Below the pieces are notes generated by a model, which made no database searches, had not been told where the DNA came from, and worked only from the letters and a program-made list of their open reading frames with translations. Made by a program: the position numbers and the translations under genes. This document shows positions 34,461 through 44,553 of a stretch of DNA of 64,000 bases, in pieces. Each line of letters begins with the position of its first letter. Positions within the stretch are counted from its first letter, which is position 1. Origin of the DNA: Promethearchaeota archaeon (GTDB lineage Archaea; Asgardarchaeota; Lokiarchaeia; Sigyniarchaeales; SOKP01); assembly GCA_011364925.1 (NCBI GenBank), contig RDOA01000014.1, positions 14,532 through 78,531 on the forward strand, read 5' to 3'.

Positions 34461-35735
34461 TTAATACTCTAACTTTAAAGTCTCCTTTACTTTCATAAAT
34501 ATCGGAATTGAACCGATAAAAAAGAAGGGTCCTAAAAGAAATATCCATTGAATTCCAAATAGAGTTGCTACTATCCCTCCTGCGATGGAACCAATAATTT
34601 GAGAGGCAGTATTAACTATGTTTAATATTCCTGTAAATTTACCACGCTTTTCTTCAGGTAACAAATCTTGTGACCAAGCATTAAATGGCGTCATCATCGA
34701 TAATAATCCTACTAATACAAAAGGTAATCCAATCATAAATAGAATAAAGTTTCCCAAAGCAAACGGCATTATAGAAAATCCTATACTAATTAAAATAATT
34801 ACCAGAGGAATGTATTTTTTTCTACCAAATTGATCTGATAATTTACCTAATGATATCGTCGCTACGAATACAACTGGAAATGCGACGCCTATTCCTAATA
34901 AGAGTTGCCATATTTCTAATCCTTGCCGTTGGATGAAGATCATTAGAAAAGGCATTATCGAACCAATCCCCGATTGGAAAATTACTAATGCTAAAAGAAT
35001 CTTGAAGAATTCTTTTTGAGATTTCAACTCTTTCAAATTAAAAGTTTGCCTTATTTCATCGAGAAACCTTTTCTTCTCTGGAAATTCTGAAATCGGTCTT
35101 TCTCTTATGAATGTAAAACCTAAAGTACCAACTGACAAAAATACAAATCCTCCAATAAAAAAGATGAAAATATGACCCTGTTGACTTATAATTATGTTGT
35201 TAATATCCCGAGGATCATTGACCCCAAATATTTGACTTCCGAGCATAAAAAACGCAACACCGACTATTAAACCTATATAGCTAATTGAGTTTACTATTCC
35301 ATTTGCCCTACCTCTTTTTTCAACCTCAAATGTATCGGGGATAAGAGATCTTTCAGCAACGAGAAACGCATTGGAAGCTATTCCGATAATCACCACATCG
35401 ATTATTAAACATAGAATATAATTCCCGGAAAAACCAAAAAAGATCATTGCTATACCAGCAATCGTTCCACCAAATAATAAATACGGTCTTCTACGCCCAA
35501 ATCTAGTTCTCGTATTATCACTTATAATACCCCATACAATCATGATTATAAGTCCCATCGCAGCTGATAAAGAGACCATCAATGAGATGTATAGTTCTGG
35601 TAAAAAAAGGACATCATACAAGTACGTATTAAAAAAATTTTGTTCAAAAAAAAAGAAAAGATAATCTCCCAAATATAGTAAACCAATAAAGAATATCTGT
35701 CTTCGAAGAAATTTGCTAAATGTTTTTTCATTCAT
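34461..35735 (-). CDS. MFS transporter (sugar/glycoside type)
   Basis: About 12 TM segments; GIISDNTRTRFGRRRPY and GKLSDQFGRK motifs. Confidence 0.88.
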   Translation of the reverse strand: MNEKTFSKFLRRQIFFIGLLYLGDYLFFFFEQNFFNTYLYDVLFLPELYISLMVSLSAAMGLIIMIVWGIISDNTRTRFGRRRPYLLFGGTIAGIAMIFFGFSGNYILCLIIDVVIIGIASNAFLVAERSLIPDTFEVEKRGRANGIVNSISYIGLIVGVAFFMLGSQIFGVNDPRDINNIIISQQGHIFIFFIGGFVFLSVGTLGFTFIRERPISEFPEKKRFLDEIRQTFNLKELKSQKEFFKILLALVIFQSGIGSIMPFLMIFIQRQGLEIWQLLLGIGVAFPVVFVATISLGKLSDQFGRKKYIPLVIILISIGFSIMPFALGNFILFMIGLPFVLVGLLSMMTPFNAWSQDLLPEEKRGKFTGILNIVNTASQIIGSIAGGIVATLFGIQWIFLLGPFFFIGSIPIFMKVKETLKLEY

Positions 35736-35841
35736 TTTGAAATTCTAACGCTTTAATTATATTTTTAAAATGTAAAATGAAAAACAAAGTAAGTATTGAA
35801 GGAAAATTTAAGAATATTCTGCGCTTCTTTAAAGTTAATTT

Positions 35842-36735
35842 ATGATAAGAAATGTCGTTTTTTCAGCAAGGGAGGATCATGATGTAGTGAAAGGCGTGAT
35901 AAATAGGCTTAAGAAATTACCTAATATTAATTTGCATTTTCATGACCCCACAAAACAGTTTTTTAATCTTTCTAGAATGCCTAAATCAATTAAAGAAGCT
36001 GATTTAATAATTGTTAAGGTGAGAAACGATTGTTCGATCGATTTATTACATTATGCGAAAACAAATCATATTCCTACGCTACATAGTATAGATACAGTGC
36101 TTATGTGTAAGAATAAAATATCCCTTGACTATGCTCTTAGAAAAGTGTTATCAACTTATCCTACAATTAGAAAAAAGTTTTCATTTCCTAACTCTTGGAA
36201 TAATAACATTACAGATGTTAATGTTTTTAAAAAATGGGCTTCTAATAAACTTCCAATTGTAATTAAAAGCCATTACCAACACGACAAGTATAATAGATTC
36301 AACTTTCTGGTCAGAAAGATTGAAGAGATTGATACATTTTGCGAGAGATATAAACATCTTTTATATTACGATGTATACATACAAAAATTTATCGAGTGTG
36401 ATGGTTTTGAAAGAAAAGTTTATGTGATAGGAGAAAAAGTTTATGGAATCATCCGAGAAAATCCGATTTACATATTTTTGCGAGACAAACCTAACCAGAT
36501 TAATGTAGATGATATTAAAAGAAAGGAATTTAAGATATCTGATGAAATTAGAGAGTTAGCTGAACTTTTGGCTCATGAGCTTAAACTTAAAATATTCGGT
36601 TTCGATTTAGTAAAACCTGTAGATAAGGATCGTTATTATCTAATTGATTTAAACGATTTCCCTGGATTTAGAGGAATAAAGAATGTAGAAGATCAAATAA
36701 CTAATTGTTTGCTTGATGTTATTAGCAACTTGTAG
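35842..36735 (+). CDS. ITPK1-like ATP-grasp kinase
   Basis: LPIVIKS, IQKFIE, ERKVYVIGE, LKIFGFDLV, YYLIDLNDFPGFRG. Confidence 0.75.
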   Translation: MIRNVVFSAREDHDVVKGVINRLKKLPNINLHFHDPTKQFFNLSRMPKSIKEADLIIVKVRNDCSIDLLHYAKTNHIPTLHSIDTVLMCKNKISLDYALRKVLSTYPTIRKKFSFPNSWNNNITDVNVFKKWASNKLPIVIKSHYQHDKYNRFNFLVRKIEEIDTFCERYKHLLYYDVYIQKFIECDGFERKVYVIGEKVYGIIRENPIYIFLRDKPNQINVDDIKRKEFKISDEIRELAELLAHELKLKIFGFDLVKPVDKDRYYLIDLNDFPGFRGIKNVEDQITNCLLDVISNL

Positions 36736-36738
36736 AGC

Positions 36739-37593
36739 TTATCCCACGATCATAAAAGGTACAATTATTATGAATGATATTATTCCATATAAGATACAGA
36801 AATAGCTAAAATTAACCTTTTGAGCAACCTTTAATAAAACTTTCATCGAGAGGTATCCTACTATGAAACTAATTATAGTAATAGTTAGTATTGTAATTAT
36901 ATCAAGGGTACCAAAGACAGAACCTTCTCCAAATAATATGTCAACTCCAATAGAAGCGATTACAACGGGAACAGACATGAGAAAACTCAATTTCAAGCTT
37001 TGATTTTGTTCATATTTCTCGAATAAAATTGTAGACACAGTGAAACCAGAGCGCGAAATTCCTGGGAGTATGGCAATCCCTTGGATCAGTCCACTTATAC
37101 TCGAATCCTTTATAATTTCTTTAGATGACGTTGTATCAACAGTCTTTTTACCAAATGTTCGCTTAAAAATCAATAGCGCAATTCCGGTTACAATTAACAA
37201 ACCAGAAATCACCAAAGTTAATACGTCGCCATTAGTTGCATTAAAACCTTCTATTATGACAACTTTAAACAAAAAATACAGTGGTATCGCAGTTATTGCG
37301 GTTCCAAGCGTAGCAAAAATTAACCAATTTCTTTTCTTAATATCGCTTTCGTTAACTTCAAACTTTTTTGGAATAAAAGATTTAATGATTTGAATATAAT
37401 CTTTTCTTAATTTGATCAAAACAGCTAATGAAGTCCCTAAATGAACCCAAATACTTAAACTAAAAGCTTCATTAGGAGGGATTCCAAATAAGCTTGTTGA
37501 AACAATCATAACCTGCCCTGAGGAAGATATTGGCAGCCACTCAAATAATCCTTGTAATATTGCTATAATTATATATTCAATCAATTTTATCAC
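36739..37593 (-). CDS. uppP: Undecaprenyl/polyprenyl-diphosphate phosphatase (BacA family)
   Basis: LQGLFEWLPISSSGQ, HLGT, QGIAILPGISRSG, SFLMSVP. Confidence 0.92.
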   Translation of the reverse strand: MIKLIEYIIIAILQGLFEWLPISSSGQVMIVSTSLFGIPPNEAFSLSIWVHLGTSLAVLIKLRKDYIQIIKSFIPKKFEVNESDIKKRNWLIFATLGTAITAIPLYFLFKVVIIEGFNATNGDVLTLVISGLLIVTGIALLIFKRTFGKKTVDTTSSKEIIKDSSISGLIQGIAILPGISRSGFTVSTILFEKYEQNQSLKLSFLMSVPVVIASIGVDILFGEGSVFGTLDIITILTITIISFIVGYLSMKVLLKVAQKVNFSYFCILYGIISFIIIVPFMIVG

Positions 37594-38060
37594 TCAAATC
37601 TTTTAAGTCCCTTTTCTATACAATATTTTATTTCATTACGTGTTTTACGGAAACCATCAAACCCTTTCATTGACGGGTCTTCAATATCTCCGCTTTCTCC
37701 AGCAAATTCTCTTAAAGTAAAAACCTTAATATGGTTTAAAGTAATGTACCTTAGGACTTCTTTTTTGTGGTCTTCAGTAAGGGTAAGAATTAAATCCGCT
37801 TTCTTAATTAATTCCGGTCTTTTTTTAAGGTCAATTGAAACTGAATCGTTGGGCAAATTTATATCAACTTCGTTCATAACTAACTTAGCATCTTGAGATA
37901 TAAGCATACCATCTCTGGCATTCGAAGCTATTCCTCCAGAAGTAACCTCAACATTCATTTTATTTTTTTTAAAGTAATCCTTTAAAAAACCAACAGTCAT
38001 TGGGCTTCTTGCAGTGTTAACACTACAAACAACTAAAATGTTTGTATAAGGAAAACTCAT
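37590..38060 (-). CDS. Low-molecular-weight protein tyrosine phosphatase / ArsC-like
   Basis: VVCSVNTARS P-loop (CX5R), DIEDP general acid; ATG 38060 preferred; 4-nt overlap with uppP. Confidence 0.88.
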   Translation of the reverse strand: MSFPYTNILVVCSVNTARSPMTVGFLKDYFKKNKMNVEVTSGGIASNARDGMLISQDAKLVMNEVDINLPNDSVSIDLKKRPELIKKADLILTLTEDHKKEVLRYITLNHIKVFTLREFAGESGDIEDPSMKGFDGFRKTRNEIKYCIEKGLKRFE

Positions 38061-38143
38061 TAATATAGTGATAAATATTTTTTCTAAAATATTTATTATG
38101 GATTTAGCCATAAAATTTGAAAGGACATTAATGTTTCCTTATG

Positions 38144-38818
38144 CTACAGAAGATTATCTTTTGTGGCAAATTTAACACCCTTTTCTCTCAAGTCCTGTAG
38201 AGATTTGGAGATGTTTCCCGGTGGCAAGTCAATTCCTCTCGTTAAATTAACTAAAAAATACACTTCAAATCCAAAATTGATCCCATCTAAGGCCGTAAAG
38301 TAGCAACAGTAGTCTAAAGCCAACCCGCAAATAAAAATTCGCTCTATTTTCAGAGATCTCAATAATCCCGCTAAACCAGTTTCAGATTTCTTATCGTTCT
38401 CAATGAAGCCCGAATAACTATCAACTTTAGGATTATAACCTTTGCGAATTATAGCATGTGCTAAATCTACTTTTAATTTACTATGAAAATTTGCGCCTTC
38501 AGAACCTTGAACACAATGATCTGGCCATAATACAGGTCCTATGCCTTCGGATTGAAAAGTATCACCTGGTTCTTTGCCAGGGTGAGCGCTAGCAAAGGAC
38601 ATGTGATCTTTTGGATGCCAATCCTGTGTTAGGACAATCAATCCGTTATTCTTATTGAAGATCTCTGCAATTCTGTTCACATTATCAATAATCTGATCTC
38701 CTTCTTTGACAGGTAAAGCACCCCCCGGCATAAAGTCGTTTTGCATGTCAACGATAAGCAGTGCGTCCTTATTGCTTAAAATGATATTTTTTTGAAATTG
38801 CATGTTCTCAATATTCAT
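38144..38818 (-). CDS. pncA: Nicotinamidase/pyrazinamidase
   Basis: VDMQNDF, QDWHP, WPDHCVQGS, RKG...DSYS, GLALDYC. Confidence 0.93.
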   Translation of the reverse strand: MNIENMQFQKNIILSNKDALLIVDMQNDFMPGGALPVKEGDQIIDNVNRIAEIFNKNNGLIVLTQDWHPKDHMSFASAHPGKEPGDTFQSEGIGPVLWPDHCVQGSEGANFHSKLKVDLAHAIIRKGYNPKVDSYSGFIENDKKSETGLAGLLRSLKIERIFICGLALDYCCYFTALDGINFGFEVYFLVNLTRGIDLPPGNISKSLQDLREKGVKFATKDNLL

Positions 38819-38878
38819 ACCATCTTATAAAATAACAAGAAAGATAAATTTTTATCAAACTAATTAAAAATATCCTTT

Positions 38879-41800
38879 TTAAGATAATGCATCCTTCTTA
38901 TTTTTAGGGAGTTTAATAAAGAATGTGGATCCTTTGTTTCTTCCTTCAGATTCAACCCAAATATGACCTTCGTGCAAATCAACTATTTCCTTTGAAATAT
39001 ACAAGCCCAATCCTGATCCTTCAATGTCAACATCCATTTTCTGACCGTATCGCTCTATTTTTCCGAACTTAGTAAACAACTTTTCCATTTCTTGTTCTAT
39101 CAGACCTATTCCCGTGTCTTTAATTGAGAAATAAACACTATTTCCTCTTTCCTCAAGCTTTATTTTGATAATTCCTAATTTAGGCGTGTTTTTAATAGCA
39201 TTTGATAATAAATTCGTAACCACTTGTTCGATTCTCATTTTATCAATTTCGAGGTTTATCACATCGGGTAAATTTAATTCTACAATTATATTTCGCTTAG
39301 TTGCTAAGTAGCGATTGTCGTTTACGCAATTTCTTATGATTTCAGAAACATTCACGTTTTGAAGGTTCAGTTTTAGTTTATCTGACTCGATTCTAGAAGC
39401 ATCAAGTAAATTTTCAATTAATAATTTTAATCGTTTCCCGCCACGATTAATTAATTCGATAAATTCTATCGCATCTGAGCAAGTTTGGTCTTTATAAAGT
39501 TCCAATAGTATTTGTGTTCCACCAAAAATGGAAGTGATGGGTGTTTTTAATTCGTGAGACACTCTTGAAATTAATTCAGATTTCATCATATTTAATTCGA
39601 GAAGTCTCTTGTTCTCTTCTATTATGAGGTTTTCTGCCTTTTTTTTATCAGTAATATCTTGTGCTATTGACTCAACAATTATCTCGTTATTTAATTTAAT
39701 CATTGAATTTTGAAAGAATATCCATGCCGTACTTCCATTTTTTTTTTTGATCTGAAGTTCTATAGGTTTTGGTTTTTCTCCTTTAATAAGCTTCTTATAC
39801 ATATTTTTTATTAAGGATACTTGTTCTGTATTCACGATATTAAATTCAAGATAGTTCCTTCCTAACATCTCATTCTTGCTATAGCCTAAAATTCTCTCAG
39901 CTGATGTATTCATATCTAAAATTAGACCATTTTTATTTGTTAAAAAGACACCATTAGGCGAGTTTTCGTACAAATTTCGATATTTTTCTTCAGATTCCAT
40001 TAATGCTAGCTCTGTTTGTCTTCTCTCAGTGATATTTCGAGATATAAATAAATACTTTTGATTCCCCTTATCATCAGAAAACATCTTTGCTTTTACTTCA
40101 AACCATAAATAATGCCCATTTTTATGTCGTATTCTTGATATGTGAATTCCTTCCTTATTTTTGAACAAGTCAAGCATGTATCTTCTTATTTTTCGGTAAT
40201 CTTCGGGATGGTTCAACTTAATATCGTACTCTCCAATTAAATCCTCACTTGTATACCCTAGTACTTGTTGATGCGTTCTTTCGTTAAAATATTCTACTTT
40301 GAAGTCTTTTGAGAGTACTCTTATCAAATCGTTTGAATTTTCGGTGATTAATCGATAATTTTGCTCTGATTCTTTTAAAGCTTTTTCAGCTTTTATTCTA
40401 TCACTGACATCACGGGAAATAAATAAATATTTTTTATTACCTTGTTCATCGGTAAACACTTTTGCTTTATTCTCAAACCACACATAATAACCATTCTTAT
40501 GCTTTATCCTAGTATTATGAATATTTTCTCCATCCTTGAATAATTTGAGCATAAATCGACGGACTTTATTGTAATCATCTGGGTGGTTTAGAATTAAAGA
40601 ATTTAGCCCTAAAATTTCATCTTTTGAATAACCCAATAAGTTTTTGACAGCAACTTCGTTTACATATTCAACTTCAAAATTGCTATTTAAGACTCTTATC
40701 AAATCATTTGAGTTTTCAGTTATAAGCCGATAATTTTGTTCTGATTCTTTTAATCTTTGTTCTGTGGTTTTTCTAGCAGTAATGTCCTTAAGAGTAGAAA
40801 TAAATCCTATAACCTTTCCATTGTCATCGTAATAATTTTTAGAGGAACTTGAACACCAGATGTAATCTCCAATTTTAGGTAAAATTCTGAATTCTACAGG
40901 TTTTTCGGAAAAAGATTTTTCTTTAAGCACAGTTTTAAAGTAAGAGATCAATAAATCAACATCATCTTTATGGATATAGCGAAAAAATCTGCTATTCTTG
41001 TTGATTTTTCGGCCCTTTAACATCTTAGAAAGTTGAGGAGATATATAGAGCAATTTCCCTTCAAAATCGATTATGACAATCGCATCCTTAGTGTTTTCGA
41101 TGATATTTCGAAATTCCTTTTCGGATTTCTTCAATCTAATTTCAGATATTTTTTTTTCAGTGATATCTTTTAGAATAGTTACTACTTGGACGACTCTTCC
41201 TTCTACAAAAATAGGGATCTTTCTTGTTTCTGTGTAGATCTCTTTATCATCTAGATATGTGAGTTCTTCACTTAATCGCTTATTCCCTGTCTCAAAAACT
41301 TCTTGATATTCTTTGATAACTTTATCTGGTAAAAAAGGAAAGACTTTTGATACTTTTCTGCCTATAATGTTACTGTTGATATTAAATCTAACTATCCAAT
41401 CAGTTAAAGCTGTATTTGTAAGAATAATTCTTAAATCTCTATCAATAACATGAATTGGGTCTCCCATCGATTCAATGATAGTTTGGTATTGATATTCTGA
41501 ATCTTTTAATCTCGTTTCTGTGATCTTTTTCTCAGTAATATCTCTGACTACTGCTATCAATTTTGTTTTACCATTACGCTTGATGCTTCCTGCTTTAGCT
41601 GCGACATGAATATAACTACCATTTTTATGTTTTGCTCTATATTCATATGTTATATGCTTTTTATCTTCAATTGCGGTTCTCATTGTGTTTATTACAGTTA
41701 ATAAATCATCAGGATGAACGAATCGAAGAGCCTTTCTTCCGATAACTTCATGTGGCTTATAACCAAACATATTATAACTCTGAGGACTCACATATGTAAA

Positions 41801-41923
41801 ATTGCCGTTTAAATCAATCTCTACAATCGTATCCAAAATATCATTTATAATAGTATGGTTTATATCGTCAGGTACCTCAAGTGGTTTTTGTTCGCTTTTA
41901 TCGTCTGAAATCAATCTCAACAA
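38879..41923 (-). CDS. Cytoplasmic six-PAS sensor histidine kinase
   Basis: Six PAS/PAC repeats, SHELKTP H-box, NLLSNAIK N-box, DTGIG, GSGLGL; no TM segment. Confidence 0.92.
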   Translation of the reverse strand: MLRLISDDKSEQKPLEVPDDINHTIINDILDTIVEIDLNGNFTYVSPQSYNMFGYKPHEVIGRKALRFVHPDDLLTVINTMRTAIEDKKHITYEYRAKHKNGSYIHVAAKAGSIKRNGKTKLIAVVRDITEKKITETRLKDSEYQYQTIIESMGDPIHVIDRDLRIILTNTALTDWIVRFNINSNIIGRKVSKVFPFLPDKVIKEYQEVFETGNKRLSEELTYLDDKEIYTETRKIPIFVEGRVVQVVTILKDITEKKISEIRLKKSEKEFRNIIENTKDAIVIIDFEGKLLYISPQLSKMLKGRKINKNSRFFRYIHKDDVDLLISYFKTVLKEKSFSEKPVEFRILPKIGDYIWCSSSSKNYYDDNGKVIGFISTLKDITARKTTEQRLKESEQNYRLITENSNDLIRVLNSNFEVEYVNEVAVKNLLGYSKDEILGLNSLILNHPDDYNKVRRFMLKLFKDGENIHNTRIKHKNGYYVWFENKAKVFTDEQGNKKYLFISRDVSDRIKAEKALKESEQNYRLITENSNDLIRVLSKDFKVEYFNERTHQQVLGYTSEDLIGEYDIKLNHPEDYRKIRRYMLDLFKNKEGIHISRIRHKNGHYLWFEVKAKMFSDDKGNQKYLFISRNITERRQTELALMESEEKYRNLYENSPNGVFLTNKNGLILDMNTSAERILGYSKNEMLGRNYLEFNIVNTEQVSLIKNMYKKLIKGEKPKPIELQIKKKNGSTAWIFFQNSMIKLNNEIIVESIAQDITDKKKAENLIIEENKRLLELNMMKSELISRVSHELKTPITSIFGGTQILLELYKDQTCSDAIEFIELINRGGKRLKLLIENLLDASRIESDKLKLNLQNVNVSEIIRNCVNDNRYLATKRNIIVELNLPDVINLEIDKMRIEQVVTNLLSNAIKNTPKLGIIKIKLEERGNSVYFSIKDTGIGLIEQEMEKLFTKFGKIERYGQKMDVDIEGSGLGLYISKEIVDLHEGHIWVESEGRNKGSTFFIKLPKNKKDALS
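40005..40754 (-). repeat. Tandem PAS duplication (375-nt period) inside the histidine kinase
   Basis: LKESEQNYRLITENSNDLIRVL occurs twice 125 aa apart; DNA ttttgctctgattcttttaa / ttttgttctgattcttttaa. Confidence 0.85.
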
Positions 41924-41983
41924 TCCCTGTTATTATTTGCTAAGAATACAATAAATTGCATCTTTAAAAGCAAATCTATAATC

Positions 41984-42028
41984 GAGGAAAATTAAACTAG
42001 TTATCCTTACGAAATACTAATTTTCCTC
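41984..42028. promoter_or_regulatory. 11-bp inverted repeat upstream of the histidine kinase
   Basis: gaggaaaatta (41984-41994) / taattttcctc (42018-42028), 23-nt spacer. Confidence 0.4.
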
Positions 42029-42185
42029 TTTAATTGTAGATATAGTAATAAACGATTATAACAATTTTCAAAAAAGTGATTTGTTCGTTAATTTGATACG
42101 AAAATTAATTCATTAAAATTTCACTGACATTTTAAAAAAAATTTATTTGCGAATCGTCATTAATAATTAGTACTTTTCAATTTTT

Positions 42186-42256
42186 GCGCTTGTAGTATAG
42201 TGGTAATATGCTGGCTTCCCAAGCCAGCGTCCCGGGTTCAATTCCCGGCAAGCGCA
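42186..42256 (+). tRNA. tRNA-Gly(CCC)
   Basis: Acceptor GCGCTTG/CAAGCGC, anticodon arm CTGGC-TTCCCAA-GCCAG, T arm CCGGG-TTCAATT-CCCGG; CCA not encoded. Confidence 0.96.
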
Positions 42257-42271
42257 TTTTATAATTCGTTT

Positions 42272-44461
42272 TTACCAAGTTAATCCTTTAATAAATCGTA
42301 AATCGCTAATTAATTTGTTTGCTTCATGTTCTGGTACTTCCAAGAAAGCGTGAAATGTATTCTGCCAAAAGGCTCTTCCTGAGGTGCTAGAACGTATGTC
42401 TTCCGCAAATTTTATTGAGTTTCTTACAGGTAAAAGAATTTCTATTATGGCTTGATAATCATTTTCTTGATCAACATTTTGTATCTTAGCAGAATATTTA
42501 GAGAGGAGCGTTAGAGCATTTTTAATATAATCTGGTGGTAATTGAATTGTAGTATGATATATTGGTTCAAGTAGGATTAATTCGGCCTGATTCAATGCTT
42601 TTTTTACAGCATCATAGAATAGAGAGGAAAGCTCTGTAAATGCGTTTTCTTCATCTAACTTAACAATTTTAAAACTTTCAATTATAAGTTTTATCTCTGT
42701 GAGTTTTTCCCCGCATAGAATTCCATGTGACAAGATTTTTCCAATAATTTCTATAATTGCATCTTTGTAAAAAGGGCTTAATTCTCCATTGGAATGGTAT
42801 ATCAATAAATTATCGTTCTCATAGTAAGTCCAAAAGTCTTGGATTTCGGATTCTGTTAAATTTGTATTTTCTTTTAATAATTCTAACAATTGAGCTCTAG
42901 GTTTTATAGCTTTAAAATCATGTGTATGAAAAAATTTAACTGTTTTTTCGTCTATCCTCTCAATTTTAATGTTAAGAGCATTTTTATAAACAGGCGATTC
43001 TACTGATACTAAGGAGGAACTATGGCGACAAGATTCTTTAAACACAGCTCTTGGTTCTGATATTGAGACCCTAACACCACGTTTTTCTATTTCATTTGCA
43101 GTTATTTCCAAATGTAAGGGGCCTACTCCAGATAATAGAAATTCACCATTTTCTTCATTAATCTCAAACCTCAAATTAGGATCTTCAATGAGTAAATTTT
43201 CAATCAGTTCTTTCATTTTATCTAATTCTCGTAAATATTCTGGCTCGATTGAAACAGTTATTACAGGCGTAGATACATATTTGACATCTTCAAAAGGTAT
43301 CATTCTTCCTGCGTAATCTGTGTCAATTATCGTTTCACCACTTTGAATTCGTTTTAATCCTTCAATTGCCACAATGTTCCCAACTGGAATGTGTTCAACC
43401 TGTTCCCTTCTTTGTCCCATAAATATAGCAGTTCTACGGATGGTGTCGTAATTGTTTTCCCTTAATAAGAACACTTCTTCTTTCATAGAACAGTTTCCAG
43501 CAAATATTCTTCCAGTACCTACCAAATTATGCTTATCTGCTTGTACTTTGCTTAAACAGATGATTAATGGTCCCTTTGGATCACAGTTACTCATAGCTTT
43601 TCCTAAGTCTGAGTTTAAATCCCCATCCCATATTTTACTAATTCTATACAACTGTGCTTCTTTAGGATTCGGGAGGTGATCTACAACCATTTCCAAAATC
43701 GCGTTGTATACTGGAAAATAAACCGCTAAATCAGCGTAACTTTCCTTAGTGTACGTCTCTTTCTGATATCGTGCTCTAATGTCTGAAAACTTTAACTCGT
43801 TATTCTCGAGCAGATTTAAAGTAAATCCCCATTTATGGAGTGCTGAACCAAATGCGACGTTTCCATCTGCGGGAGATACTTGCCATTCAGTCTTAAATGG
43901 CTTATCAGCGTACCTTTTAACAAGAGTATTAAAGTTATTGATAATCCGGGTATATTTCTTTCTAATTTGGTCATCTGTTAATTTTAATTCTCTAATAAGA
44001 CGATCGACTTTATTGATGTAAAGCACAGGTTTTACACCTTCTTGAAGAGCTTGTTTAATAACGGTTTCAGATTGAGTAATGATCTCTTCTACAGCGTCAA
44101 CAACCACCACTACTCCATCAATTAATCTTAAAGCTCGAGTGACTTTCCCACTAAAATCTAAGTGACCCGGTGTATCTACTAAATTTATTAGAAAAGGATC
44201 GTGGGCTTCAAGCGATTTTTCATAATAGAGTGAAATGTTAGTTGATTTCATTGTAATTCCACGCTTTTGTTCTTCTTCTAAATAATCCAGAGCACGTGCT
44301 TCGCCCGCTAAATCGGGCGATAGTAATCCTGCTTCACTTAAGAGTGAATCTGAGAGAGTTGTTTTACCGTGATCTATATGACCAACTAATCCGATATTTC
44401 TAATATTTTCAATTTTCTCCATCATGTTCAGTATTTCTGAAATCTCCTTTCTACGGGGCAT
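42272..44461 (-). CDS. Elongation factor 2 paralog (aEF-2p / EFL1-like translational GTPase)
   Basis: GHIDHGKTT, RGITM, DTPGH, NKVD; domain IV reads KLDEENAFTE where canonical EF-2 has the diphthamide HRG motif. Confidence 0.88.
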   Translation of the reverse strand: MPRRKEISEILNMMEKIENIRNIGLVGHIDHGKTTLSDSLLSEAGLLSPDLAGEARALDYLEEEQKRGITMKSTNISLYYEKSLEAHDPFLINLVDTPGHLDFSGKVTRALRLIDGVVVVVDAVEEIITQSETVIKQALQEGVKPVLYINKVDRLIRELKLTDDQIRKKYTRIINNFNTLVKRYADKPFKTEWQVSPADGNVAFGSALHKWGFTLNLLENNELKFSDIRARYQKETYTKESYADLAVYFPVYNAILEMVVDHLPNPKEAQLYRISKIWDGDLNSDLGKAMSNCDPKGPLIICLSKVQADKHNLVGTGRIFAGNCSMKEEVFLLRENNYDTIRRTAIFMGQRREQVEHIPVGNIVAIEGLKRIQSGETIIDTDYAGRMIPFEDVKYVSTPVITVSIEPEYLRELDKMKELIENLLIEDPNLRFEINEENGEFLLSGVGPLHLEITANEIEKRGVRVSISEPRAVFKESCRHSSSLVSVESPVYKNALNIKIERIDEKTVKFFHTHDFKAIKPRAQLLELLKENTNLTESEIQDFWTYYENDNLLIYHSNGELSPFYKDAIIEIIGKILSHGILCGEKLTEIKLIIESFKIVKLDEENAFTELSSLFYDAVKKALNQAELILLEPIYHTTIQLPPDYIKNALTLLSKYSAKIQNVDQENDYQAIIEILLPVRNSIKFAEDIRSSTSGRAFWQNTFHAFLEVPEHEANKLISDLRFIKGLTW

Positions 44462-44553
44462 CTTAACTTTTATCTCTTACAAAGTGATATAAATATATTA
44501 TTTAACCATGATTTATTTGATTAAAATTTACGGTTTATTCCAAATTAGTAGGA

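Noticed and set aside
23241-36735. RimK/LysX peptide-ligase or RiPP (ATP-grasp) cluster
   Set aside because: Motifs are DxN/KVY (kinase type) rather than ExN/DxR, and no precursor or LysW-like carrier is visible
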